Source: an uncultured Alphaproteobacteria bacterium (GTDB lineage Bacteria > Pseudomonadota > Alphaproteobacteria > UBA3830 > JAIRWN01). Taken from it: DNA of 64,000 bases. Position numbers and translations under genes: made by a program. A model generated the notes under the pieces. That model had not been told where the DNA came from. It made no database searches and saw only the letters and a list, made by a program, of their open reading frames with translations. The stretch is taken from NCBI GenBank assembly GCA_964369315.1, contig CAYJEJ010000003.1:60528-124527 (forward strand), read 5' to 3'. This document shows, piece by piece, positions 29,704 to 38,999 of the stretch (position 1 is the first letter of the stretch; each line of letters starts with the position of its first letter).

Positions 29704-29736
29704 AAATCCTTATAAAAAAACATATAAACATAATTC

Positions 29737-29762
29737 AGCTCGTTTTATACGAGCTTTTTTTT
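29737..29762 (+). terminator. rho-independent terminator after rpsU
   Basis: Stem AGCTCG / CGAGCT with a 7-nt loop, followed by a T7 run. Confidence 0.7.
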
Positions 29763-29913
29763 ATGATGCTGAACAATTTAATGTCGTTATAAAATTGTCT
29801 ATCGATAAGTTTATTATTTTATCTAATTTTTCATGTCAATTAACTCAGATTGGTTAAGTTTTTATTGTCTTAATTAAACGTTATGTTAACATAACATCTG
29901 GTGTTTTTTAATT

Positions 29914-30587
29914 ATGGAGTTTTGTTATGAAGCATGTTGCATGTTGCATGTTGCATGTTGCATGTTGCTGGCTGCGTTTTCATTAGCTAATGTTCAAGCA
30001 GAGACAAGTGGTTCTGTTCAAGAAAGCAATGAGCCGTCTTCTTTCTCTGGTGCGTATGCGAGCCTTGGTGGAGCTTATGATTTTTGCTCTTTAAAACTGG
30101 AGTTTGAAAATAATAATTTGAGTTTTTCGCCAAAGTATTATGGCATTCTGGCTAATATTGGTTATGGCTATACGTTTGATGGCGGTCTATATCTTGGTTT
30201 AGAAGGGGTCGTATCTTTTGGTTTGTGTCCTACTGATAAGAAAAATATTGGAAACACTGGTGCAACTATATCTGTGAAAGCTGATTCTATTAATTATGGT
30301 GCACTGGTTAGATGTGGTTATGATTTTGGCGATACACCAGTGTTAGTTTATGCGGTTACAGGTCTAGAACATTATGGATGTACAGGTTCTAATAATGTGA
30401 ATAGTGAAAAAGCATTTCAAAAAGGTTTCCGTCCTTGCTTAGGGTTGGGTGGTGCTTATAGATTTTCAGACGACTTAGTGTAAGGGCTGATTTTATCCAT
30501 ACTTTTAGTTTGAAGAAGAAAGAGGATGATGAAACTACTACATACAACAAAAATAGAATTCAAGTAATGATGACCTATAATTTTTAA
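29914..30587 (+). pseudogene. outer-membrane beta-barrel protein (OMP_b-brl/Omp25-like), frame-disrupted
   Basis: Signal peptide ...LLAAFSLANVQA, with alternating aromatic/Gly beta-strand patterns. The ORF stops at 30483, but the +1 frame continues VRADFIHTFS...MMTYNF*, a canonical barrel C-terminus ending in Phe (stop at 30585-30587). Confidence 0.7.
29933..29967 (+). repeat. heptanucleotide tandem repeat (CATGTTG)x5 in the 5' coding region of the OMP gene
   Basis: Five perfect contiguous copies. The unit length is not a multiple of 3, and each unit carries an ATG. Confidence 0.95.
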
Positions 30588-30629
30588 TTATTATGTGTTA
30601 CAGTCATGAAGTTATTTTTATAACTATGG

Positions 30630-30907
30630 CGATAAACGTTATAAGTAATAGATGTTTTGGACCCGAGGGCGGAACTCGGCACCTCCACCAAGATTAGGTT
30701 TTTTGCGGGGGTGAATTAGGCTCGACAGATATTGAAAGTTATAATTTTCGCTCGGCATGGTACCGTCGTTATCGGGCTAAAACTAATAAGTGCAAACGAT
30801 AATTTTGCATTGACAGATGAGTTGAAAGCTGCTGCTTAGTTTAAGCAAGGCTTGAAGACTTTTTTGTCGCGGTTTAGGGGCTCCGGGCAACAGAAAGCCC
30901 CTGTTTT
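30630..30907 (+). ncRNA. ssrA: tmRNA (ssrA), circularly permuted two-piece alphaproteobacterial type
   Basis: The acceptor piece ends with T-arm CCGAG-GGCGGAA-CTCGG plus CACCTCC-A-CCA at 30690. After a 16-nt spacer, the coding piece starts GGGGGTG at 30707 and pairs with a G3:U. The tag ORF GCA AAC GAT AAT TTT GCA...TAG (30792-30839) encodes ANDNFALTDELKAAA. A terminal hairpin AGGGGC/GCCCCT plus T-run lies near 30876-30907. The outer boundaries are approximate. Confidence 0.8.
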
Positions 30908-31172
30908 CCAAATTTATGTTTTGTAGTATCTCTAGCAAACATACAATAATCAATTATCAATAATAATTTAAATGGGCACCGCCTATACGATATATCTTTC
31001 TTCAGTCACAAAGTTTTGATGTGAATGGGATAATTCAGGGCTTAACTTAGGACGTTGAAAGACGCAAAAAACACATAAGACTGTGCTGTTATAAGCAACC
31101 AAATTTCAAACAACGTTATATACAAAGCTATATAAATCTGATGAAGCCTTTTCAAGGAAAGCAAGGCTACCC

Positions 31173-32585
31173 CTAAAAACCAGAATAAATAAAATGCTGT
31201 ACCTGTCCCAAGCTCATGAAGGCAATAGCCATCATCACAGCACATGCACTAGCCATTGAAACAACCTGCCATTTTTTTAAATTAGGTTTGCACATCCATT
31301 CTTGTATCCTGACGGTATCGGGCAAAAATATAATAACAAGGAGCCCTAAAACCAATGAATAATATCGATTAAACACTAAAAAAGTCCCTGCGGTATTTAA
31401 AGTAAGCACAGAAGAGTAGATGTTTTTTGCGAAATCTAGACTTTGGCTTCTGAATAATACCCATCCTATACAGACTAAAATGAAAGTGCTTAAAACTTTT
31501 ACAAGGTCTGCACTTTTATTAAAGAATTTGAACGAGTTCATTCTGCCAAAAAATTTATGAGATTTCCACAGGTGATTAACCGTTAATAAAAGACCGTGAT
31601 AACCGCCCCATACGACGAAAGTCCAAGCTCCTCCGTGCCAAATGCCGCCTAAAATCATCACCATGAATAAGTTTAGGTGCCTTCTAAAAGGGATAACTCG
31701 ATTGCCGCCCAATGGAATGTAAACATAGTTCTTCAAAAAATTGGACAGGCTGATGTGCCATCGACGCCAAAATTCAATTATAGACTTGGATTTATAGGGC
31801 GAGTCGAAGTTAAACGGAATCGTGACCCCAAACAGCCTAGAAACACCAACCGCCATATCTGAATAACCTGAAAAATCAAAGTAAAGTTGCACTGAATAGG
31901 CAAGTGTTGCCCATAAACAGGTTTTATAATGAAAAAACGCTAATCCATCAACATCAAAAACCTTCGTCACATAGTCGCCCAAGGGGTCAGCTATTATAAT
32001 TTTTTTGAAAAAGCCGATGCTGAAATATAATAAAAATATGGCAATATTCTCTTGTGATACTTTAAATTTATTCGGGTTGCTAAGCTGAGGATAGAGCTCT
32101 TTGAAAGATAATATAGGCCCGCATATTAGGTGCGGGAAATAGCTAACGAATAATGAATAGCGAACGATGTCGTTTTTCGCAAAATCCTCACGATAGCAAT
32201 CCACCAAAAATGCTATTTGCGTAAAGGTATAAAAAGATATTCCAAGCGGTATAGACGCATTATTCCCAACACCAAACCCTTGCCAATCACCAAAATTAAT
32301 ATATTTATAGCTTATCAAAAACAACACATTAAAAATCACACCGCCCCACATAAAGAGCAAACGACAGGGAAAACGCTTCATGCATAAATATATGGTATAA
32401 TTTATTAAAATAGATGCCGTCAAAGGCAAGACATCCATCGGATTCCAACAAACATAAAATATCACCGAGGCAACTAAGAGCCAAATTGAGGTCAATTTTG
32501 CGTTTTGAAACTTTTGTAAAATAAAAAACACAAAAAAAGTAATTGGCAGAAAACCAAGTAAAAATTTATAGCTAGAAAATACCAC
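31173..32585 (-). CDS. MBOAT-family membrane-bound O-acyltransferase (AlgI/DltB-like)
   Basis: 470 aa and polytopic. It has GISFYTFTQIAFLVD and the conserved His region WRRWHISLSNFLKNYVYIPLGGNR. Confidence 0.8.
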   Translation of the reverse strand: MVFSSYKFLLGFLPITFFVFFILQKFQNAKLTSIWLLVASVIFYVCWNPMDVLPLTASILINYTIYLCMKRFPCRLLFMWGGVIFNVLFLISYKYINFGDWQGFGVGNNASIPLGISFYTFTQIAFLVDCYREDFAKNDIVRYSLFVSYFPHLICGPILSFKELYPQLSNPNKFKVSQENIAIFLLYFSIGFFKKIIIADPLGDYVTKVFDVDGLAFFHYKTCLWATLAYSVQLYFDFSGYSDMAVGVSRLFGVTIPFNFDSPYKSKSIIEFWRRWHISLSNFLKNYVYIPLGGNRVIPFRRHLNLFMVMILGGIWHGGAWTFVVWGGYHGLLLTVNHLWKSHKFFGRMNSFKFFNKSADLVKVLSTFILVCIGWVLFRSQSLDFAKNIYSSVLTLNTAGTFLVFNRYYSLVLGLLVIIFLPDTVRIQEWMCKPNLKKWQVVSMASACAVMMAIAFMSLGQVQHFIYSGF

Positions 32586-32605
32586 TTTTGTTTAACCCTT
32601 TGAAT

Positions 32606-33847
32606 TTATGCTAACATAACGGCGGGCTCTTCAATAAATCGCTTAAAAGCCGCCAAAAATTTTGCACCAACAACACCGTCAACAACCCTGTGGTCAACAG
32701 ATAATGTAACCGACATGACAGTTGCAACCACAACGCTTCCATCACGCACAACTGGTCGCGGCTCTCCTGTCCCTATAGCCAAAATGCATCCTTGAGGTGG
32801 ATTGATTATGGCATTGAAATTTTTTATCCCATACATTCCAAGGTTTGAAACAGTAAATGTTCCGCCCTGAAACTCTGCGGGCTGTAACTTCCCCTCATTG
32901 GCACGTTTAATTAAGTCCTTCGTCTTAGAAGAGATTTCACGCAATCCCATGGTTTGAGCTGCACTGACTATTGGGGTAATCAACCCGCCATCGACAGCAA
33001 CTGCAACCGATACATCCGCGTCATAATATTGCATCACACCATCTTCATTCCAAGACGCATTCGCCGATGGAACCTCCATAAGGGCATGAGCGACCGCCTT
33101 GATTACAAAATCGTTTACAGTGATTTTTAGCGATTCATCCCTAGCGTTAATCTTTTTTCGAACAGACAGAAGGTTGTCGAGCTCACAATCAATGGTTAGG
33201 TAAAAATGTGGCACCTGTTGTTTGGACTCTGTCAGCCTGCGAGCAATGGTCTTACGCATTTGGCTGACCTTAATAAGGGTTGGGGCTTTCCTTTCACCTT
33301 GACCAATAAAATTACCAACATTGGACGAGCTGTTCATCGCTTGCTCAACATCGCTACGAACTATTCTTCCATATGGACCAGTGCCTTTTACAGCGTTGAT
33401 ATCTAAGCCATGATTAGAGGCAACTCGTCGTGCTAGAGGGGTTGCAAATACCCGCTCATTACTAGTGCAACCAGACACATCATCGCGTTCAGCTTGAACT
33501 GTTTTTTCATTGGTGGTTGATGCAGGGGCAGGGCATGAAGGCTGTTCAGTAGAGGGTTGTTGAGCAGTCTGAGGTTTGTAACTATTCAACGATTCTTTTG
33601 CCTCACCTTCTTCTAAAATCAGGGCAATAATTTCATTAACTTTGACGTTCTCTGTGCCTTCTGGAACCAAAATCTTCCCTAAAACGCCTTCATCGACACT
33701 TTCAACCTCCATCGTTGCTTTATCAGTTTCAATCTCAGCGATTACGTCGCCAGATTCAACTCGGTCACCTTCTTTTTTGACCCATTTAGCTAGGTTTCCT
33801 TCGGTCATAGTTGGCGACAAGGCTGGCATAAGAACTTCTATTGTCAT
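32606..33847 (-). CDS. pdhC: pyruvate dehydrogenase complex E2, dihydrolipoamide acetyltransferase
   Basis: Lipoyl domain [12 protein letters not shown], a peripheral-subunit-binding domain, and the catalytic DHRVVDG motif. It lies adjacent to pdhA and pdhB. Confidence 0.9.
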   Translation of the reverse strand: MTIEVLMPALSPTMTEGNLAKWVKKEGDRVESGDVIAEIETDKATMEVESVDEGVLGKILVPEGTENVKVNEIIALILEEGEAKESLNSYKPQTAQQPSTEQPSCPAPASTTNEKTVQAERDDVSGCTSNERVFATPLARRVASNHGLDINAVKGTGPYGRIVRSDVEQAMNSSSNVGNFIGQGERKAPTLIKVSQMRKTIARRLTESKQQVPHFYLTIDCELDNLLSVRKKINARDESLKITVNDFVIKAVAHALMEVPSANASWNEDGVMQYYDADVSVAVAVDGGLITPIVSAAQTMGLREISSKTKDLIKRANEGKLQPAEFQGGTFTVSNLGMYGIKNFNAIINPPQGCILAIGTGEPRPVVRDGSVVVATVMSVTLSVDHRVVDGVVGAKFLAAFKRFIEEPAVMLA

Positions 33848-33867
33848 AAAATCAATCCCTATATAAT

Positions 33868-34845
33868 TTAATTAAATAAACTTTTAACCTTGCTAACGAT
33901 TTCGCTTACTTGGGGCATGGCGAGGCTCTCAAGGTTGGCGGCATATGGCATTGGCACATCTGCACCTGTAACACGTAAAATCGGTGCGTCTAAATAGTCA
34001 AAGGCACGTTCCATAACTTGTGTCGCTATTTCTGAGCTAATGCCCGCATAGGGCCATCCCTCTTCTATACAGATTAATCTATTAGTTTTTTTAACAGATG
34101 CAACAATTGTTTCAATATCCAAGGGACGAATCGTTCGCAAGTCAATCACTTCTGCCGAGATTCCCAAAGACTTTAATTGTTCACAAGCCTCTAATGTCTT
34201 TCCAACCGCAACAGAAAAACTGACCAAAGTTACATCACACCCCTCAGTTATGATTTTTGCCTTACCAATGGGTGTTGTGAGGTCTTTTTCATCTGAAATT
34301 TCAAACTTTTGTCCATACCACAGTTCATTTTCTAAAAATATCACTGGGTTTGGGTCGCGAATCGCAGATTTTAAGAGCCCTTTGGCATCATCAGCAAAAT
34401 ATGGGGCGATTACTTTAAGCCCAGGGCAATGTGCATACCAACTGGCAAAACATTGAGAATGCTGGGCGGCAACCCGAGCCGCTACGCCGTTAACACCACG
34501 AAAAACAATGGGACATGTTATCTGCCCGCCAGACATATATAGTGTCTTTGCAGCTGAATTAATAATGTGGTCAATCGCTTGCATAGCAAAATTGAATGTC
34601 ATAAACTCTACTATAGGACGCAAACCAGCAATTCCTGCACCAAAACCAAGACCAGTAAAACCCATTTCGGTTATAGGGGTATCTATTACACGCTTTGAGC
34701 CAAATTCTTGTAACAAACCTTGACTAACTTTATAGGCACCTTGATATTGAGCAACTTCCTCACCAATGAGAAAAACAGTCTCGTCACGAGCCATCTCTTC
34801 CTTCATTGCTTCTCGCAATGCTTCTCTTACTGTGATTTCTTTCAT
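33868..34845 (-). CDS. pdhB: pyruvate dehydrogenase E1 component beta subunit
   Basis: 325 aa with transketolase-like pyrimidine-binding and C-terminal domains. It sits between pdhA and pdhC. Confidence 0.9.
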   Translation of the reverse strand: MKEITVREALREAMKEEMARDETVFLIGEEVAQYQGAYKVSQGLLQEFGSKRVIDTPITEMGFTGLGFGAGIAGLRPIVEFMTFNFAMQAIDHIINSAAKTLYMSGGQITCPIVFRGVNGVAARVAAQHSQCFASWYAHCPGLKVIAPYFADDAKGLLKSAIRDPNPVIFLENELWYGQKFEISDEKDLTTPIGKAKIITEGCDVTLVSFSVAVGKTLEACEQLKSLGISAEVIDLRTIRPLDIETIVASVKKTNRLICIEEGWPYAGISSEIATQVMERAFDYLDAPILRVTGADVPMPYAANLESLAMPQVSEIVSKVKSLFN

Positions 34846-34853
34846 GTTATTAC

Positions 34854-35840
34854 CTATATTATGATGTCTGTATAAAGCTCTCCTGCTTCAGGAAACGGGG
34901 ATTCGGAAGCAAATTTGGCAGATTCATTGACAATGTTTTTTATCTCAGCTTCAATGGATTTCAGTTTCTCTTCACCAAACTTAAAATCGTTTATCAACTT
35001 AGATTTTACATAATTTATTGGGTCTTTAGAGGTTTTTACCTCCTCAACCTCATCTTTACTGCGATAAGTTGCGGGGTCAGACATGGAATGTCCGCGATAG
35101 CGATAAGTCTGCATCTCTAAGATTATTGGGCCTTTTCCAGACCTTGCATGGTCAATTGCTTGAACGCCTTTGTCAATGACGTCCTCGATATTCATACCAT
35201 CGACGATTTTACCCGTGATATTAAAAGGTTCACCGCGTTTAAACAACTCGGTATTAGCATGTGAGCGTTCTAACGATGTTCCCATGGCGTAAAGGTTGTT
35301 TTCTATAATATAAACAATTGGTAATTTCCACATAGATGCCATGTTAAAGGATTCATACACCTGACCTTGGTTTACTGCACCATCTCCAAAATAACACAAG
35401 CAAACACCACCATCGCCCTTATATTGATGGGCAAATGCAAGACCAGTACCAATGGCAACGGGTGCACCAACAATCCCGTGACCGCCATAAAAACGATGTT
35501 TTTTAGAGAACATGTGCATCGACCCGCCCTTACCCTTTGAACAGCCAGTTGCTCGACCTGTTAGCTCAGCCATTATAACGTTTGGGTCGATTCCGCACAT
35601 AAGCATGTGGGCGTGGTCTCTATAGGTTGTGATGGTGGAATCTTTGTCGCGATTCATAGCGAATTTCATGCCCGCAGCAATTGCCTCTTGCCCGATGTAT
35701 AGATGGCAAAAACCACCAATCAGTCCCATACCATAAAGCTGAGAGCACTTTTCTTCAAACCTACGCATAAGTAACATATCCCGATAAAAACCGGCGTAGT
35801 CTTGAGCATTAAAGGAGGAAACTTTTGTTTGTAATTTCAT
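34854..35840 (-). CDS. pdhA: pyruvate dehydrogenase E1 component alpha subunit
   Basis: TPP-binding [13 protein letters not shown]...NN motif and [11 protein letters not shown]. Confidence 0.9.
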   Translation of the reverse strand: MKLQTKVSSFNAQDYAGFYRDMLLMRRFEEKCSQLYGMGLIGGFCHLYIGQEAIAAGMKFAMNRDKDSTITTYRDHAHMLMCGIDPNVIMAELTGRATGCSKGKGGSMHMFSKKHRFYGGHGIVGAPVAIGTGLAFAHQYKGDGGVCLCYFGDGAVNQGQVYESFNMASMWKLPIVYIIENNLYAMGTSLERSHANTELFKRGEPFNITGKIVDGMNIEDVIDKGVQAIDHARSGKGPIILEMQTYRYRGHSMSDPATYRSKDEVEEVKTSKDPINYVKSKLINDFKFGEEKLKSIEAEIKNIVNESAKFASESPFPEAGELYTDIII

Positions 35841-35954
35841 ATTGATAACCCCATAATCAATCGCTTATATTAAATGAGTTTGTGAATATGTAACAGAGAA
35901 AACATGATAAAATCAAGTCGTAAACAGACTAACCTAGTAAATTAAAAAAATAAA

Positions 35955-36917
35955 GTGACTAAAAGAAACAAATTAAAAAACATCGATAACACTAAAACCG
36001 TTATAATCATCGGTGGCGTAACTTGTAGTGGAAAATCGCAATTAGCAATTGACTTAGCTAGAGCAGTTAATGGCGAGATAATTAACGCCGATAGTATGCA
36101 GGTTTATAAAGAGCTTCCGATAATTACTGCTCAGCCTATGGAGGATGATAAAAAACTCTTTCCACACCATTTGTATGGCTTTTTGCCTTGTGATGAGGTT
36201 TTTACTGTTGCATCTTATATAGAATTAGTAAAGGAAAAGATTGAAAAAATATATGAAAAGGAAAAAACACCTATTTTTGTGGGCGGAACAGGTTTTTATA
36301 TTAGTGCCCTTTTAAATGGCATAAATCAAATCCCTGACACAAACCCCAGCATTAGGCAGGATGTTCGCAATGAATATGAGGAAATTGGCATTGAAGCGTT
36401 TTATAATAAGCTATGTGCACTAGACCCTCAGACCTGCACTTATATTAATAAAAATGATAAACAACGCATGATGCGTTCGATGGAGGTTTTGAAGTCCTCG
36501 GGCAAGCCAATTAATTATTGGTGGAAAAATGCAAAAAAACCAATTTTTGAAGGTTTTAATGTAAAAACAATCGCACTAATTCCAGAAAAAGATATTCTGA
36601 ATTTATACTTAAGACAGCGTATCGATAAGATGATAGACTGTGGATTGTTGGAAGAGGTGTCTGAATTTAATAAACTATATCCATCCTTAAAAAACAGCTC
36701 TGCAAAAGCAATAGGTTTGCAAGATTTATTAGATTATGTGTCGGGAAAAACTAGCATTGATATTGCGATTGAAAAGATGTTAGTCTCGACAAGGCAATAT
36801 GCCAAACGGCAGTCCACATGGTTTCGTAATCAACTTAAGGAAAAGGCGTTATTTCTAAATGAAATATATTTAGAACAAACAGAAATATTACAAAAAATTC
36901 AGGAATTTATTTTATGA
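35955..36917 (+). CDS. miaA: tRNA dimethylallyltransferase
   Basis: P-loop GGVTCSGKS, INADSMQVYKELPIITAQP and GGTGFY motifs. GTG start. Confidence 0.9.
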   Translation: MTKRNKLKNIDNTKTVIIIGGVTCSGKSQLAIDLARAVNGEIINADSMQVYKELPIITAQPMEDDKKLFPHHLYGFLPCDEVFTVASYIELVKEKIEKIYEKEKTPIFVGGTGFYISALLNGINQIPDTNPSIRQDVRNEYEEIGIEAFYNKLCALDPQTCTYINKNDKQRMMRSMEVLKSSGKPINYWWKNAKKPIFEGFNVKTIALIPEKDILNLYLRQRIDKMIDCGLLEEVSEFNKLYPSLKNSSAKAIGLQDLLDYVSGKTSIDIAIEKMLVSTRQYAKRQSTWFRNQLKEKALFLNEIYLEQTEILQKIQEFIL

Positions 36918-37855
36918 CGAATATAAAAAAAACAAAAATGCTGATTATTGGTTCTGGTCCTGCGGGGTGCACGGCGGCAATATATTCAATACGTGCGGGG
37001 ATTGAAACGGTTCAAATTCTTGGCGGGCAACCAGGTGGGCAATTAACATCTACTACAGAAATTGAAAATTTTCCTGGTTTTGAAAACTTTATAACAGGTT
37101 CAGAACTGATGGATGCGATGCAGGGTCAAGCAAAAAAACTTGGTGTAGAACAGGTTTATGACAGTGTGACAGAGGTCGATTTTTCTGGCAAAAGCTTTCT
37201 GGCAAAGACTGAATCAGGTATTGGCTATGAGTCTGATGCGGTGATAATCGCCACGGGTTCGCTCGCTAGGGCTCTTGACGTTTCAGACGAAGCGGTTTAT
37301 CGGGGCAGGGGTCTGTCATATTGTGCCACTTGTGATGGATTTTTTTTCAGGGGTAAGAACGTCGTTATAATTGGTGGGGGCAATACTGCGGTTGAAGAAG
37401 CGATATACCTTAGCCAACTAGCCAAAAAAGTCACCCTTATTCATCGTCGTGATAGGTTCAGAGCTGATGAAGCTGAACAAAAAAAATTATTCTCCATACA
37501 AAACATTGAAATCATTTGGGATACAGTCGTTACCAACATAATTGGCGTTGAGAAAAACGGTGTTAAAATAGTTTCAGGAATTGAGACCAGAAATTTAAAA
37601 AACAATCTTGAGGAAAAAATTGATACAGACGGGGTTTTCGTGGCAATTGGAAGCGTTCCTGCCACAAAAATATTTGACGGTCAATTAAAACTTGATGGTG
37701 ATAATTATATTATCATAGATAAAAATCATCAAACATCTGTTGCAGGAGTTTTTGCCGCGGGGGATGTGACCTCAGGTAGCTTAAAACAAGCAATTGTTGC
37801 CGCTGGTAGTGGGTGTTTGGCTTTTAATTCAGCTAAAAAATGGCTCGAGCAATGA
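36914..37855 (+). CDS. trxB: thioredoxin-disulfide reductase
   Basis: FAD motif GSGPAG, redox centre CATCDG, NADPH motif GGGNTAVEEA. Confidence 0.9.
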   Translation: MTNIKKTKMLIIGSGPAGCTAAIYSIRAGIETVQILGGQPGGQLTSTTEIENFPGFENFITGSELMDAMQGQAKKLGVEQVYDSVTEVDFSGKSFLAKTESGIGYESDAVIIATGSLARALDVSDEAVYRGRGLSYCATCDGFFFRGKNVVIIGGGNTAVEEAIYLSQLAKKVTLIHRRDRFRADEAEQKKLFSIQNIEIIWDTVVTNIIGVEKNGVKIVSGIETRNLKNNLEEKIDTDGVFVAIGSVPATKIFDGQLKLDGDNYIIIDKNHQTSVAGVFAAGDVTSGSLKQAIVAAGSGCLAFNSAKKWLEQ

Positions 37856-37899
37856 AAAAATCTTCCCAAAGCATGAAAACTTTGGGAAGAAGTTATTTT

Positions 37900-38841
37900 T
37901 TATTGATAGGTTTCGGTTATATTAGCATCTTTGGTTATATTTATAGAACCACTAACTGAGTTACTTAATAAAACTCCAGTTAATCCAGTACAACCAGTTA
38001 AAAAAAGGGATTGAAGAGATGTTAAATTTCTCAAGTCTAATGTTCCAGTTAGACCTGTACAATTTGTTAAGTTTAATGTACCTAGACCTGTAGAAACAGT
38101 TGGGAAAAGGATGCTTTTTAAAGCAGGGTTGTCATCCAATACTATCTGTATATCATCATAAGGGTTTGGATGATACTCATGAGCCAATTGTTTGAATGTG
38201 GCTTTTGTGAAGTCAATACTCTCTAGTTGCTTAGAACCGTTTATTGTCAAGATTGTGTTACTATAGATTTCAGAGTCTTCCAGAACAACAGACGCCAATT
38301 TTTCGCATCCACTGAACGTTATGTTAATCTGAGAGCCACGTCTTGCAACTCCAGTATCTACGGTTTTGATGTTCATTTTTGTTTTACTGAGGTCTATTTT
38401 TTCTAACATGGCACAATTGGTAAATATTAACGAGGCGTTTGTTATTGATGCATTAGATAAGTTAACCTCTGTTAATGCAGTACAATCAGTTAAATTTGTG
38501 TTAGCGGTTATTACCATTCCACTTAAATCGATGTTTTCTATAAATGATGCATCACTAAATGATGTTGTATTAGAAATATTGTTGCTTTCTTCATCAAAAA
38601 ACAAACCGGATTTCACTAATTCTGCAGTGTTTATTCCATTTACTACATCTGTTATTGTTGAATTGCATTCTAAAGTGGTAGCTAAAGTTCTTAATGTGCC
38701 ATCCTCACAGACTTGATAAGTATGGATATACGCAGTTTTTATATCGCCATGAGCTGTTCCAAAAGCATTATAGTAGCTAGCGTGAGATACTGTTGCACTA
38801 CAGCACAGTGCTGACATTGTTAATAAAATTTTTGTATTCAT
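37900..38841 (-). CDS. secreted leucine-rich-repeat protein (Cys-containing LRR type)
   Basis: Signal peptide MNTKILLTMSALCCSATVSHA. The protein has repeated L..L.L..C..LT. units, for example LNLTNCTGLTGTLDLRNLTSLQSLFLTGCTGLTGVLL. Confidence 0.65.
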   Translation of the reverse strand: MNTKILLTMSALCCSATVSHASYYNAFGTAHGDIKTAYIHTYQVCEDGTLRTLATTLECNSTITDVVNGINTAELVKSGLFFDEESNNISNTTSFSDASFIENIDLSGMVITANTNLTDCTALTEVNLSNASITNASLIFTNCAMLEKIDLSKTKMNIKTVDTGVARRGSQINITFSGCEKLASVVLEDSEIYSNTILTINGSKQLESIDFTKATFKQLAHEYHPNPYDDIQIVLDDNPALKSILFPTVSTGLGTLNLTNCTGLTGTLDLRNLTSLQSLFLTGCTGLTGVLLSNSVSGSINITKDANITETYQ

Positions 38842-38999
38842 AGTTTTTTCCTATAGTATTTACAATAAAGACTAACAATTAATGCAAAATTCTTTATAAA
38901 AAATTAATAAAATAAAAATAAATAATAACTATCGCTTTTAAATATCTATTAATTGTTTTTGTGTAGTATCAACTTAAATTATTTTTTAAGGAACATACT

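Noticed and set aside
29606-29857. 83-aa ORF overlapping the 3' end of rpsU
   Set aside because: It is out of frame with rpsU and runs through the rpsU terminator hairpin and T-run, so it is not credible as a gene.
31042-31245. 67-aa hydrophobic ORF overlapping the MBOAT 3' end
   Set aside because: It overlaps the MBOAT gene by 73 nt in another frame and has no Shine-Dalgarno sequence. It could be a remnant of a lost partner gene, but I cannot support that from the sequence alone.
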